DNA of 64,000 bases from Octopus sinensis (taxonomy: Eukaryota). The notes beneath the pieces are model-generated. The model had not been told where the DNA came from. It did not search any database and worked only from the letters and a program-made list of their open reading frames with translations. Shown in pieces: positions 24,850 to 39,300 of this stretch (position 1 is the stretch's first letter; every line of letters starts with the position of its first letter). Made by a program: the position numbers and the translations under genes. The DNA lies in contig NC_043019.1 of NCBI RefSeq assembly GCF_006345805.1, positions 24,737,360 to 24,801,359 on the forward strand, written 5' to 3'.

Positions 24850-27778
24850 TCTTTATATATAAAAGTGAAGTTGTGTGAGTGTCTGTCTCCTACGATTTAG
24901 ATTCCTAACTACTCCCACATTTTGCGGTGCAGTTTAACCAAAAGCGGGTATCTTATAGTCGTGATTCATATCGAGCCCTTCTGGGTATTAGCGCGCGTCT
25001 ACGATGAGTCTACGATTTTAAAAACAATTTACCATCATTTTTTCCCATTTTTAATGCATTTTTTGCTATTATATAAGGGAAGTAACTCTCTAAAAATGCT
25101 TATATAGTTATTTCCCTTGCAAATCCGAGCAACGCCAATGCCAGACATTATCCTCCTTGGTGACTTCAACTTCCCTAACATCATCTGGCCACATGGACAC
25201 ATACTAAAACTGGGGACAAAAGCTGAACAAATACAGGCAGCCAAACTGTTGGAAGTCACAGAGAAATTATACCTCAAACAAATGATGACAGAAGCAACAA
25301 GAAATAATAATACGATCGACTTGGTTTTCACCAACAACGAGGACACGCTATTTGACCTTCACTCAACCCCAACAATCCTTTCAGACCACAATATTATTGA
25401 AATGCATTTACACATTGGTAATGAGCCCAATGCCACAACTCTTAAACAAAAGGACATGCCAAAGCTATGCAGGTATGATTATCACCAGGCAAATTGGGAA
25501 ACTATTAACAACCAGTTACAAATCATTGACTGGGATCTCTACCTTACTGGGCCAGATAAACACAAGAAATTCTTAAACAAGATCGAAGAAATATGTAAAA
25601 AAAATGTTCCTCTAAAGAAAACCAAGTCCACAAAAAAACCTGTACCACGGGAGCGAAAGATCCTGATGCGCAAAAGGTCAAGACTAAGAAACAAAACATC
25701 TAAGCTGACATCAAAACATGAATTACAGAAAGTCCTTGACCAAATATACAGATTAGAAGACAATCTAAAACAACACTATGATGAAGAACGTAGCAATGCA
25801 GAAAAGAAAGCCATAGAAAACATCAAGAAAAATCCAAAATGTTCTATAGTTTTGCAAAGAAATACTCGAACACCAAGTCAACAATAGGACCTCTCCAGAG
25901 ACAAAATGGGGATGTAGTGAATAACCCTATTGAAATGGCAGAAATGTTGGGTCAACAGTATGAAAGTGTCTTCAGTGAGCCATCTAAAACCATGAAGATC
26001 CATGACCCAGGAAAATTCTTCAAGGATATCGACCATACTAAACCTACCCTATCCGACATTGATTTCAACCCAGAAGACATAGCAAGAGCAATAGACAAGC
26101 TCTCCATGCACTCGGCTGCGGGGCCTGACGGTTTCAATGCCATGATACTTAAAAACTGCAAGGCACAATTGTCGAAACCCCTTTACATGATATGGAGGGA
26201 ATCTATGGAGAATGGCAAAATACCAAATACATATAAAGAAGCACACATAACTCCAATACATAAAGGGGATAGCAAATCAAAACCAAAGAACTACCGACCA
26301 ATCTCACTGACATCACACATTATCAAGGTCTTCGAAAGAATAGTTCGTGGAAAACTGGTTGAATTCCTGGAATCCAACAATCTGATGAATTGCAACCAGC
26401 ATGGATTCAGGTTAGGTAGATCATGCCTTTCCCAACTACTGGCACACCATGACCAAATCCTAGAAAATCTAGAGAATGGATACAACACAGATGTTATCTA
26501 CCTCGACTTTGCCAAGGCATTTGACAAGGTAGATCATGGCATCCTGGGTCACAAACTTCGAAAGCTAGGAGTAGGAGGAAAAGTTGGTACATGGATAAAC
26601 GAGTTCCTTACAAATAGAACTCAAACAGTCACTGTGAATGGAACCCATTCAACACCATCACCTGTGACCAGCAGTGTTCCTCAGGGTACAGTACTCGGCC
26701 CAATCCTGTTTCTCATCCTCATCTCTGACATAGATGAAGATACAACCAGCAACGTCTCATCCTTTGCTGATGACACCAGGGTCATGAGACAAATCAAAGA
26801 CGAGGTGGATACAGAGGCCTTACAAAAGGACCTGACCACCATATATAAATGGCAGGAAACAAACAACATGTTGTTCAATGATAAGAAGTTTGAACTAATT
26901 CGCTACGGAACAGATCAAGATCTGAAAAATACAACAAACTACAGAAACCATCAGGACAACAAATAATGGAAAAACAGTATGTGAAAGATTTAGGCATCCA
27001 CATGGGAACCAACCTAAAATTCAGAGAACACCTTGACTCAGTCTGTCTTACTGCAAGAAAGTACAGCGGTGGATCTTGCGCACCTTCAAATCAAGAGATA
27101 CCTCAACAATGAAAACCCTCTGGAACAGTATGATACTTCCGAGGATTGACTACTGTTCTCAGTTGTGGTCACCAACAACAAAGGGCCAACTATCTAAGAT
27201 AGAATCGCTCCAAAGAAATTTTACCTCATACTTCTCAGAAACGAGGGACCTGGACTATTGGCAAAGACTCAAAACCTTGAGGATGTACTCAATAGAAAGA
27301 AGATTTGAGCGATACCGAATTATATACATTTGGAAAATGATAGAGCAGAAGGTGCCAAACTTTGGTATCAAAACCTACCACTCACTGCGCCACGGAAGAC
27401 GCTGCCAGCTGCCACCAATCAACAAAAAGGCTAGCCAGGCAGCAAAAACCCTGCGAGAATCAAGTCTGTTGGTTCGAGGAGCACAACTGTTCAACTCCAT
27501 TCCGGTACATGTCAGAAATCTATCAGGATGCAGTGTGGAATCATTCAAATTGCAACTGGATAGATACTTAAGCACCATTAGAGATGAACCCCATCTCCCA
27601 GGATATACACAACGAGCACAAACTGACTCAAACTCGCTCCTACACATGTCAAATTTAAGCAGAGAATACAACCTGGCAACCACACCAGACTCTGAGGGTG
27701 GAGTCTTCGACTTGGCCTGAGCATGGACTCAAACCCAAATGAAATGAAATGAAATGAAACGCCGGGCGATACTGCTAG
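24850..27778 (+). mobile_element. Non-autonomous Helitron (24850-25136 plus 27758-27778) split by a LINE insertion
   Basis: Same family as 14473: A|TC start and ...GCCGGGCGATACTGCTAG|T end. Confidence 0.9.
25137..27757 (+). mobile_element. CR1-clade LINE, 5'-truncated ORF2 (partial APE endonuclease plus complete RT) with three 1-bp frameshifts
   Basis: GDFNFP, IDLVFTN and SDHN (APE); AAGPDG, NYRPISLT, QHGFR, YLDFAKAFDKVDH, VPQGTVLGPILF and FADD (RT). Stop at 27720, (GAAAT)n tail, 6-bp TSD AACGCC (25131-25136 and 27758-27763). Confidence 0.95.
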
Positions 27779-27899
27779 TATAAATAATATATCTATGCAT
27801 ATGTACAAACTTACACATATACGCATATATATGTGCATACCTTGGAGATAATGTCTAAATTCCAATGAAACAATTTTGTTTCACTAGGAACCGACTCCT

Positions 27900-28019
27900 T
27901 CTTTATTGGTGATAAATTAGAAAAGTGAAACCAGGAACCCCTCAGGTACAGCAGGCGTGGCTCTCGCGTGTGTGGACGGCAGGCTCCGCGGTTTCTGTTT
28001 GTCAACTTTTACTTACAAG
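27900..28019 (+). promoter_or_regulatory. Putative SORD promoter and non-coding first exon
   Basis: CpG-rich unique sequence ending in CAAG|GTATTA (donor at 28020). A matching TTTTAG acceptor at 28400 lies 27 nt before the Kozak-like CACCATGG. Confidence 0.5.
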
Positions 28020-28427
28020 GTATTAATCATCCAATAAATCGAAGATTTTTTACTAAATTAAATAAATTTTGTTTTAAATAATTGGAAAAAAAAAACACCC
28101 TCGTCTACCTCGATAAAAATAATATAAAAATTAACGAAATTATTCATAAACATCAAAACAAACAAAAAGCCGACATCAATAAATAAATGATTTAGTTGAT
28201 ATTTAATTATTTATACATTACTTTAAAAAAAAATGATAATAATAATGATGATTACATTGATCTAATAACCATTAATATAATAACTATTAATATACTAACT
28301 ATTAAAGTTGCGTCACTCTTGTTTCAGCATTCATGATTCCGAGTCTAATTTTAGATCGACCACTTAACTATCCTCGCCTCGCTTGTCTTCGTTGTTTTAG
28401 TTTGGAATCACTTCGCCCTCCTTCACC

Positions 28428-31400
28428 ATGGACGAAAATCTCTCCACTGTTCTTCATTCTAAGGGCGATCTGAGGATGGTCTGTGCAATTTACATTATCT
28501 ATTTATTCATTTAGTCTTCCGTTTTATTTCTCTTTGCTCCCCATTTTGCATTTCTTTTCTTTGGCAACTTTTATATTTATAGATGCATGTATATTATCTT
28601 TAAAACTTTAAAGTTTTTTCGTACAACGAAGGAAGTAGGGGGTCGTTGCTAAACGAAGAATTATCGGTTGCTTCTTACATTAACATCGTACCAAAAATAT
28701 AAACAGATAAAATATTATGTATATATATATTATATCTGCATGCATGTATGTCGTCTTAGAGTTGGGTCACCTGCTCGTGGGTAAAACTTTAAAAATTTGG
28801 GTCTTGCTTTCGTAACCCTTCGGGCGAGTATTTAACCTTTATATGTTAAAGTTGAGCAGATATTTATCGCCCTAGATGTTGTGACCATTTGTAGCGTATG
28901 AATTATGGAACTACGATTTCTCTCCAAGAATCCAAGTTCTACTGCATCTATGTATGTATGTATACATGTATGTATATTTCTTTACTACGCACAAGGGCTT
29001 AACACAGAGGGGATAAACAAGGTATGCATGTATGTATGTATGTGTGTGTGTAGGCATGCATGTAATGAATGTAATCTAAATGTATGCATGTATGTATGTG
29101 TAGCTATGTATTTCTGTATATGATGCATGTAAATATATGTATTTCTCAGGCTTGGGAACATGAGGTGCAGGGGGTGCGTTTGTACCCACAAAAATTTTTG
29201 GTGGGGTGCAATGAAAATGCTTTGAACATCCCGAGTTTAACCCCCTAAGCCTGTTTCGTTCCAGCACTTTACATGTATATATATATATATATATTCGTGT
29301 GTGTGTGTACATAAATAACGCATGTTCATACGGATATGTATGCATACATACATATGCATGTGTATATAAACATATCTATATACATATGTATACTGTGTAT
29401 ATAACTGCGTATAACATGTATACATATTCATGAATATACTTTGATAATGTTCATAACAAAGTTGGTTTTTGTTTACGAAACCGGAAAAAAGAAAATCGAA
29501 CGCTCCAAGAGATGTTTCTATTCGGTGTGTTGGGGAACTGGAAAACCTGTCTTTTTACCTCTTTGTTTTGTTATTTGAACCATGTTATGTAATCTTAAAA
29601 CTGTAGACACAGCATTTTATGTGTGTCTGTGTTTGAAATAAAACGATCACTTAAATTTTTGTTGTTTTTTTTATCAATATGATGTTGATGTAATTTCGTC
29701 AGACCTATCCAATTAATGTTTTACAAAGTATTTCAACAATTATATTACTTATTTTTCTGTTTTGATATTTAATATTCAATAAAAGAAAGAGTGTCAGTCT
29801 CCATCCAAAAAAATAAACTTTAAAACCAATTCCGTTTTACTGATTTAATTCCGGTTGGCATTTTATAAAAGAGGTTTCGATACTACGATCTAGTCTTTAA
29901 AAGCTAGAAAGATCAGTCATGGTTCATTTGTTCCAACTTCTCAACATGGAAAAAGTTTTAAAGTTTATATCTCAACGAAAAGACCCATGTTCTAAATACG
30001 TGTTTTTGTTATTTCTATTTTTTTAATTAACAATTGACGCACTCCCAGGTTAGCTCTTATAGAATAGATCTATGTTCAAAAATAGGTACTCATATAATAG
30101 AGATTTGGCTATTATTTCTGCATAAAACAGCGGTGAGGGTCAACGACTCTTTCATGTGCTACTTTAGTTCGCATTCAGATGAGAAACCGCCCCCTTCGCA
30201 AAAGCATTTTAAAAAGCCGTTCTAAACCACAAACCCGACCGAAACGAATTTGATTATAAGATGCACAGCAAGTTCTAGGTGTTTCTAATTAAAGATTCAC
30301 TTTTTTTTTCGCAGCACAAATTCGTCCCACAGTTTCTTATATTACATTACACCCCGCCGCCCTAGTAATAAGATTCTCACCCCTGGTGTAGGGTGACTCT
30401 CCCGTTTGATAAGACCTGTTATAACTGGATTGTTCTTGTTATGATTTACAGAGATAAGATTAAGTAAGTCGTTCGTATTCCCACGTTATTCAGGCGTCTT
30501 CTAGTGTTGAGAGGAAGGTCGATCTCGTTTCGACCGTCGATTGTAGCCCCCATTTAATAAACTTTATAAACCCACTTCTTCTAACTTAAACTCCAGTTTT
30601 TCTTCTATAAAATCCATCAAATCTTGATATTTACTATCTTCGTGTCGTTTTACGACGTCTCTATAATGCTCGGTGCCCATTTCTTCATCGTGGGATAAAT
30701 GTACCCATGACGAAGTTTTCTAATCACGGCTCGTACTCAAGCAAATATCGACTTTGTGGTTAGTTTCTGAATATCATTTATAGATTCATATCAAAGAGAG
30801 AAATCAGAAATGATTTCTTACATTCTCTTTTACTCTTTTTCTCTTTTACTTGTTTCAGTCATTTGACTGCGGCCATGCTGGAGCACCGCCTTTAATCGAG
30901 CAACTCGACCCCGGGACTTATTCTTTGTAAGCCCAGTACTTATTCTATCGGTCTCTTTTGCCGAACCGCTAAGTGACGGGGACGTAAACACACCAGCATC
31001 GGTTGTCAAGCGATGCTAGGGGGACAAACACAGACACACACATATATATATATATACATATATACGACAGGCTTCTTTCAGTTTCCGTCTAACAAATCCA
31101 CTCACAAGGCATTGGTCGGCCCGGGGCTATAGCAGAAGACACTTGCCCAAGATGCCACGCAGTGGGACTGAACCCGGAACCATGTGGTTGGCTAGCAAGC
31201 TGCTTACCACACAGCCACTCCTGCACCTATGGTTATTTTTTATTTTTATTTTTATGGGTTGTAATGGGTCAGCCAATTATATCGTCCCAGTATTTCTGTT
31301 TCTTTAATAAATGATCGACCCCTAAAAGGATGAAAACCAAAGTCAGTGAATTCTTTCATTAGTATTACAACTCAACCAGAAAGATGTGGTGGAGTGATAA

Positions 31401-33274
31401 AGCTGTCGGCAAGATGCCTTTTGATAGTTAAGTTTTGAGTTCAAATCTTGTGGAGATCAAATTTACTTTTCATTAATTTATCATTAAGATAAATAAAAGG
31501 GTGTGTAAACTATTAGGGATCATATTATCGACTATACCCTACACTCTTGCCCAAATTTAAGCCTTAGTACTCATGCAATAGACTATAGTCTGCCTCCAAA
31601 TATGTAACTTTGTTGCAAATGGTGGAAATTATTATTATTTTCTAACTGCAAGCATTGAGCTGGCAGAATCGTTAGCATGCTGGGTAAAATGACCAGCAGC
31701 ATTTCACCTCTCTTCACATTCTGAGTTCAAATGCCACCAGGGTCCAGAAAATAAGTACCAGTTGAGCACCAGGGTTGATTTAATCAACTTAGCACCCCCC
31801 CCATACTGCTGGCCTTGTGCCAATGTTCGAAACAATTACTACTTTCTAACTCTGGCACAGAGTCAGACAATGATTGAGAGCATTTCTAGTTGTTAAATTG
31901 ATCTGATTACACTTGACTGCTATTTAATGTCGTCAGCACAAAAAGATAACAACCAAAGTTGAAATCATCATTGACAAAAGAAGCAACCATTAAGCTGTGT
32001 ACTGTCATTATGTAACCCTAGGTCATCAGTGGTCAGGCTGACCTTTATGCACAGACATTCCAGCTATGTCCATCATGTTTTTATACAGCAGTATCTCAGA
32101 CTGCTTTATTCAGTATATTCTACCATGTTTTTAAAGATAGTAGTGTAATTTTGAGGAAGATTTGGCTGCTATTACTGGAAGATTAACTGATTAGTCAGAG
32201 GCACTATTGACATGTGTTTCTGTGACCTAAGAAGTAGGACATCCCTTCTGCTGGGCTGTGATTAAGAAATGATTTCTACCCTTTCCTCTTTGTTCACCAT
32301 TCACTACCCCCATCTCTATCTCTCACTTTCCCCACACACTCTTACTACCTATACCCACCCACTCACTCTCTTCTCTTCACCTTTTTGTACCTTGAGGGCA
32401 CACTCTGACACCTTCTCACCACTACCTTTATCTGCTTTTCCAGGTCTACCCCAGTTACTCCCACCCTTTTGTAATGTGAGTAGCCTTGTAATTTCACTAC
32501 TGCAAGAAACCTGTTCCTCCTTTCATATTTCAACTCTCTCAGCTCCTAGCATAAAGCCACCTCTCTCTCTCTCTCTCTCTCTCTCTACAGTACTCCTACT
32601 CAGTTTAAGGGTATCTTTAATCTTGTGAGTTACATGACAACCTCCCTAGTACTGGTGTCACACAAAAAGCAGCACCTGGTACACTCTAATAGGGTTGTTG
32701 TCAGGAAGGGCATCCGACTGTAGAGACCAAGCCAAGTCAGACATTGGAGTATGACTCTGTCCATTGGTTTATTGGATCCTGTTGAACCATCCAACCCATG
32801 CCAGCATGGGAAATGGATGTTAAATGATATAATGATATCAGAGTGGAAGAAAGTGCCAATGGCATGGATTTGTTTAAGGTGAACCTGAACTTGCCAGGAA
32901 GAGACCCACACCCTTAGTTTCATGACCCTCCTCTGCAGCACATATGGAATGACACATACAGGATCCAGTCATGAAACTGCAAGGGACTGTCATTGGTTCA
33001 GTTATAGTTTTGAGAGGTGCCATCTGTATCTTGTCCATCATGTGTCCCCTCTTCAGCTGCTGATCCAGGTATTGTGATCTTTACTAGTCATCATCTGCTT
33101 GTTCCACTGTTGGGGTCTTTGGGGGCTGGTTGTGCATAGTTTGGATCCTCATCCTCCACCTTGTCACCAAGGAGCACCCTACTTGGAGTTTAAAACTCCT
33201 GATAGCATCGCTCTCAGAACCAGTGGTCCAAACAAGCCCCTCCATGAGAACTAGGAGTGACGTATGTGTGTATG

Positions 33275-33309
<35 letters not shown>

Positions 33310-36300
33310 TGCTCAGTTTCTAAAGGTACTTGAGACCATGGACACCCAACGTTCATTGTTAATTCCATACACAAACACAAGCCAAATAATCATGACAAGA
33401 GGGCTCCCACTAAGACTTGCTTCTTCAAGATTTCCCACTTTAACAAGGGGACATCCTCTGCCATCTATTAGGTCATCTGCATGGAAGGCCTTGACATCCT
33501 ACTGGGCCATTTAGAACCACCCCTATGTAAACACCCATCAACAAGATGGTCACACACAGAACAACCCTGGACACTGGCAAACTGCCCTACTTGCAACACT
33601 GCTAACTCAAACACTGAGCAAATAATGAAATCGTAAATACACGTTTCTTGGACTGCTTCCTACTGAAAATAGGCCCCTTTGTGCCTGAAATATAATGTCT
33701 TTTTTTTTCTTCTTTTTTTTTTTTTTGTAAAACTTTATGTATTGTTAGAAGCTTTCTTCATTTCCCTTTTCTTTTTCTACTTATATAAATATATATGTAT
33801 ACATATGTATGTATGTACGTATGCACATAACCAACGATGAAACAAACTGTTTTTGCCCTCTCTCTGAATGCTCTGACAATCTAAAGCCATACAGAATTGT
33901 CAACAATATTAAATGTCAAGGACCAGACATGTTAAGGTCTCTCAAATATGATGCATTTTGATATTTACATAACAATTGTGATAGTTCTTTTCTTGGTATT
34001 CTCTTCAAATGCTTGTTGTTTTTCTTTTGCAGGAATGTCGGCCCATCCCAGAGCCAGGCATTGGAGGTAACAAGAAGTCTTTATATTCCTAAAGATGTCT
34101 CCTTGTCTTTCTCCTTGTTTTATAACCTTCACCAAGGACCTTCCTTTCTGTTTACATGTTACAACTACTTTGTCTGAGACAATAGCTGGAAGTATAGAAA
34201 GTTAATAGACAATAATAATAATGATTTATAGTGCAGTTTGACTTTAAACCTTTTTGTTAACATATTTCTTTTGAAATACAGTGCTTCTGTTTCAATTAAT
34301 CTTGAAAATAATGAAGAATTTAATAAAATGACTCTGTCATTATTAAACTGATACTTGGAATTTAAATTAACATGAAATTTTGTCAAAAGATAGCATTTTA
34401 GAACAAGTTTGTATCATACAATCAAGGATAGCCTTAAGCATTTCGGTTTCTAAGGGATAAAGGAAGCTAAAAGAAGATATTATGATGTTTGTTTGTTATC
34501 AAGTTTAATGTTATAAAGCCAAAATAGTCCCAGGGCCTTTGTTATTCATAATGTTTTCTAACATTGACATAAGGGGACAATTTGATAGAGTCACAGGGAA
34601 CAGGTAATTATTTATCTGATCCTACGTTTTGCTGCTACTTTTTTATATTAACTGTGGATGGGTGAAAGAAAAGTTGATTCCAGCATGATTTCTACTCAGA
34701 TCCTTAGGAACTGTAGCTAAATTCTACAAGACAGGTGTTTTGTGTAGTACTCTACCAATTCTTACATCCACCACTTTTGTAATAATAATGATGATGATGA
34801 TGATAATAGATAGAAAAATTGATTCCAATCGACCAGACATTGTGATCAAGGACTACACCAGAGGAACTTGTCTGTTAATAGATATGTCAGTCCCACAAGA
34901 TCAAAATGTCTCAAGAAAAGAATACGAAAAGCTTTCTCACTATAAAGATCATCATCATCATCATCATCATTTAACGTCCGCTTTCCATGCTAGCATGGGT
35001 TGGACGGTTCAACTGGGGTCTGGGGAGCCCGAAAGCTGCACCAGTCCAGTCAGATCTGGCAGTGTTTCTACAGCTGGATGCCCTTCCTAACGCCAACCAC
35101 TCCGAGAGTGTAGTGAGTGATTTTATGTGCCACCGACACAGGTGCCAGACGAGGCTGGCAGACGGCCATGCTCGGATGGTGTTTTTATGTGCCACCGACA
35201 CAGTAAATTGTAATCAGAAAAATGTGTGAGCTTAGTACTATAACAATGCCAGTAGTGATTGGTTCACTGGGAATGATAAAGAAGGGAGCTGAGAAGTATA
35301 TTAAGCCACTCCCTGATAACTCCAATCTCGGTGAATTACAAACGATAACCTTGATGAGTGCAGTCCATGTACTACGGAAAGCACTCACCATCTAAGATGG
35401 AATAAATGTGGTGGTAATTTTAGCATGCATAGCAAAACAAAAGTGTCTTTGCTACTCTTGGCCTCTGGAGGATGCCTGGTACTAAGGCAGCTGAAATAAA
35501 GTTATAATAAAAAGAAACTATAAATAATAATAATAATAATAATAATAATAAGCCTTTCTACTATAGGGACATGGCCTGACATTTGGGTGAGGGGGATAGT
35601 TGATTACATTGACCCCTGTATCCTACTGGTACTTAATTTATCAACTCTGAAAGGCTGAAAGGTAAAGTCGACCTGGGTGGAATTAGAACTCAGAACATAG
35701 TGGCAGACAGAATACTGCTAAGCATTTTGCCCAGCACGTTAATGATTCTGCCAGCTTGCTGCCTTCAGTAATAATGATAATAATAATAATCCTTTCTACT
35801 ATAGGGACAAGGTCTGAAATTTTATGGGAGGGGACTAGACAATTACATTGACCCCAGTGTTTCATTTGTACTTAATTCATCAACCTCGGAAGGATGAAAG
35901 GCAAGTCAACCTCAGCAGAATTTGAACTCGGAACATAATGATAGATGAAATACCGCTAAGCATTTCGCCTGATGTGCTAATGATTCTGCCAGCTTGCCAC
36001 CTTCAACAACAACAACAATAAAAATAATGATGATGAGGAGGAGGATTTAGGCACAAGGCCAACAAATTTTAATGGGAGGTTGTCAGTTGATGCCATATAC
36101 CCCAATGCTTTACTGTAACTTTATTTTGCCGACTCCCAAAAGCATCTAAAACAAACTTGACCTTGGTGATATTTCAGTTCAGAATGTAAAGAACCAGAAG
36201 AGATTCTGAAAGGTAATAATCATTTCATTTATTTGCCATAAGGGCAACATATCAAGGGAACATTACAAGGGCAAATTAAAAAACAGGTTTAGGCCTGTTA

Positions 36301-39300
36301 GAGTAGTTCTTCTGCTTAGGAAAATGGCTTTGTCAAATAAATGTAATATATATTGTGTGTATGTATGTGTGTGTATGTATATTCTGTTATCATTATTTGT
36401 ACATTAAAATCTCTTTTTTTTTAAATTTTGTTTGCAGAAGTTCAATTATCAATGCAGGATGTAGGCATTTGCGGATCTGATGTCCATTACTGGACTCATG
36501 GTTGTATTGGCGACTTCATCCTCACTTCTCCAATGGTCTTAGGTCATGAAGCCAGTGGAGTGGTCACTAAACTGGGCGAGGGCGTAACTAATTTATCAGT
36601 TGGTAAGTCATGTGGACAGTGAACAAATGGTGACATTAAGCTGTGGAATGTTATGAGGTGTGGTGATAGGAACCAGGGTCCCTCTGTTTCTCCCTATTTC
36701 CATATTCACGTGAAGGAGAGGAATTTTGGTTTTTAGTGCTACTCATATTTTCTCCTGTTAAATGTCTCCATCCTCTTATAAATCTCTCGTCTGTAAAAGT
36801 CAGAGTAGAACCTCTGATTTTCAGTGATTATTGGTTTTGTTTAACCTCAGGGCATCACTCTTTAATCAAGAAAAGGAGTTCCAGTCATGATAATCTTGTC
36901 TTTTTTTTTGTAGATATATCTAGGGTTGCATTATCCAATGTCTCTTTATTAAAAAATGACAGGCTGTGATTTGAGGGTGATTCAGCTACTATGTTTTTGA
37001 CCATGATGCCATGGCATAAAGACTTTAAATGATTGAGCATGATATTGATGACTAAGCACAGTTACCTTTCCATTATTCAATCTGGTTACTACAACTCACT
37101 ATTAAATGGAAACCAGTGCTCTAGACTCTTCTCTGTGGTCTGTGCTGGTCAGTGGTCAAGTTCACTGGTGCTAACAACGGTATTTGTTAATGCATCTTTC
37201 TGTTGCCAGTGGATACGAACTCTGCTACTAAATGTGGAAGATGTTGAAAGGAATTTCAGGCCTGTCACATTCTTGTATGGCATAGGCAAAGCAATGAGAA
37301 GTCTCCTGGCCCTAGTAGAAGACTACAACAAACTTGTTTGACCAATTGGAGGATAGGTTCAGGAGGAAATATCTGTGGTCAGTGTGGGGAAAATGAAAAT
37401 TATGATTGGATGGTGACAAAGCATGTTAGGAAAAATAAAGACAGAGGTAACTGGTGATTGTGGCCAGTGTAAAAGCAGTGACAAAAGGATGGTGATACTG
37501 TTGTATATAACTGGAATTACATTGGTGATGGCTGTGGTGGGAAAAGGCCATCATGATGCGTGGGAGGCAGTTGTTACAAGGGATCAACATTATTACAATA
37601 ATGATTAAGATGTGATTGAGATTATGGTGATGATAATAATAACTAATTAACATAATTCATGCTGCTGCTGATGATGATGGTTTTTGTGTTGGTGGTAGGT
37701 GACCGTGTAGCCGTAGAACCTGGTGTACCATGCCGATTATGCAACTACTGTAAAGAGGGGCATTACAACCTTTGTCGAAAGATGCGATTCTGTGCGACAC
37801 CCCCTGTTCATGGTACCCTTGCCAGATTCTATTGTCATGCTGCAGATTTTTGTTACAAGTAAGTGAACACTTTCTTTTTCACAACTAATTTACATATATT
37901 TGCATAACAAGTTCAATTACACGTTTGGGAATTTGGTTAACTGCCTAGGATTTGCGTTTTCAATTTCCTCTACTTTGTATTATTTCACATTGGCTCTCTA
38001 CGAGCACTCTATAAATAGTCCATACTTTCTATAACATACTTAATATGATATGTATGTATAGAAATATATTATATTGCTACTTTGATCATAACATTGAATA
38101 AAGCTTTCATTAACTTAATAAGTTGTGTTTTCTTTTAATTTGAAATTCATCACAAAGAAAAATCGAAGCCAGTAAAACTTAATCTTTGTCTGTGATTTAC
38201 TTTAGGCTACCTGACAATGTAAGTACCGAAGACGGAGCCCTACTGGAGCCACTTTCTGTTGGAGTCCATGCTTGTCGAAGGGCTGGAGTTGGCATCAATT
38301 CAACTGTTTTAATTTCTGGGGCAGGTGTGTATATTATTTATGCGTGTATATGTACTAATATATTACTTCTGTGAGTATACTACTGACATGCACCAGTATA
38401 GATTTGTTTCCACATGAAATAAAACCAGTTTATACAGGGCTCATATTACAGCTGATTATCATCCCTAGTATATTACAGCTATTTTAACAGTCCTCGCAAA
38501 ATGGAAGATAAAATTGATTTCAATGCTCTACTTTTCTGCTCAGCTTGCTGCTCCCCATTTTCTCAATACTAAAATTAATATTTACACCCCTAATAATACT
38601 TGTTAGGCCCTTTATTCTAGTAACTATTTAAAACTATTAACTTTTGTCTTTTGCTAAACTAACTTTCACCTCACATCATAGAGTTTAATCAACTCTGTGT
38701 AGGGAAACATTCTTTCTAACAATACTTTGTTATTGAGAGTATAATATAATTTCAGATATAAGCACAAGGCCTGGAATTTGTAAGAAGTGGATCAGTTGAG
38801 TACATTGACTTTAGTTCATGGCTGATATGTTATCTTATTGACCCTGGAGGGATGAAAGGTAGACTTCACCTCAGCAGGATTTGAACTCAGAAGACATGCC
38901 ACAAGGCATTTTGTCCAACACTCTAACAATTCTGCCAATCTCCCATCACCTTTACTAAAAGGGCTTAATATTGGGGACTGACCATTGATCTTTTATGTTT
39001 TTATTTGTTTAGAAGCAGTTTAAGAACAAATTGCTAAAAGACGAAAGTATGGGAGATAATTCCTACATTCCCATCTTATGAGGAATCAGTAACAAGTTTT
39101 TATTATCACTTACTATTTTTTAATTGTGTATATAAATATACACAATTCTATGTTTGTCGGAGAGAGAGATAAGGGGGACTGTTTAAAAATTAAATCTCAG
39201 GTCTTATCTACATAATAACTGACAGTGAGCTGGTTTAAAGCACTTTGAATACTGAGAACATTTAAACAGATTGTTTAACTGTATTGCCTTCTGGCCTGTT

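Noticed and set aside
29148-29253. Possible small hAT MITE (CAGGCTT..AAGCCTG)
   Set aside because: The inverted ends are only 7 bp and no matching 8-bp TSD is seen.
32860-33520. Possible degenerate LINE endonuclease on the minus strand
   Set aside because: Only vague motif resemblance; cannot be supported without an alignment.
37659-37698. Hydrophobic [13 protein letters not shown] in frame with SORD exon 4, suggesting a secreted isoform
   Set aside because: Intronic triplet-repeat sequence before the acceptor, and the product would lack the catalytic zinc ligands from exon 3.
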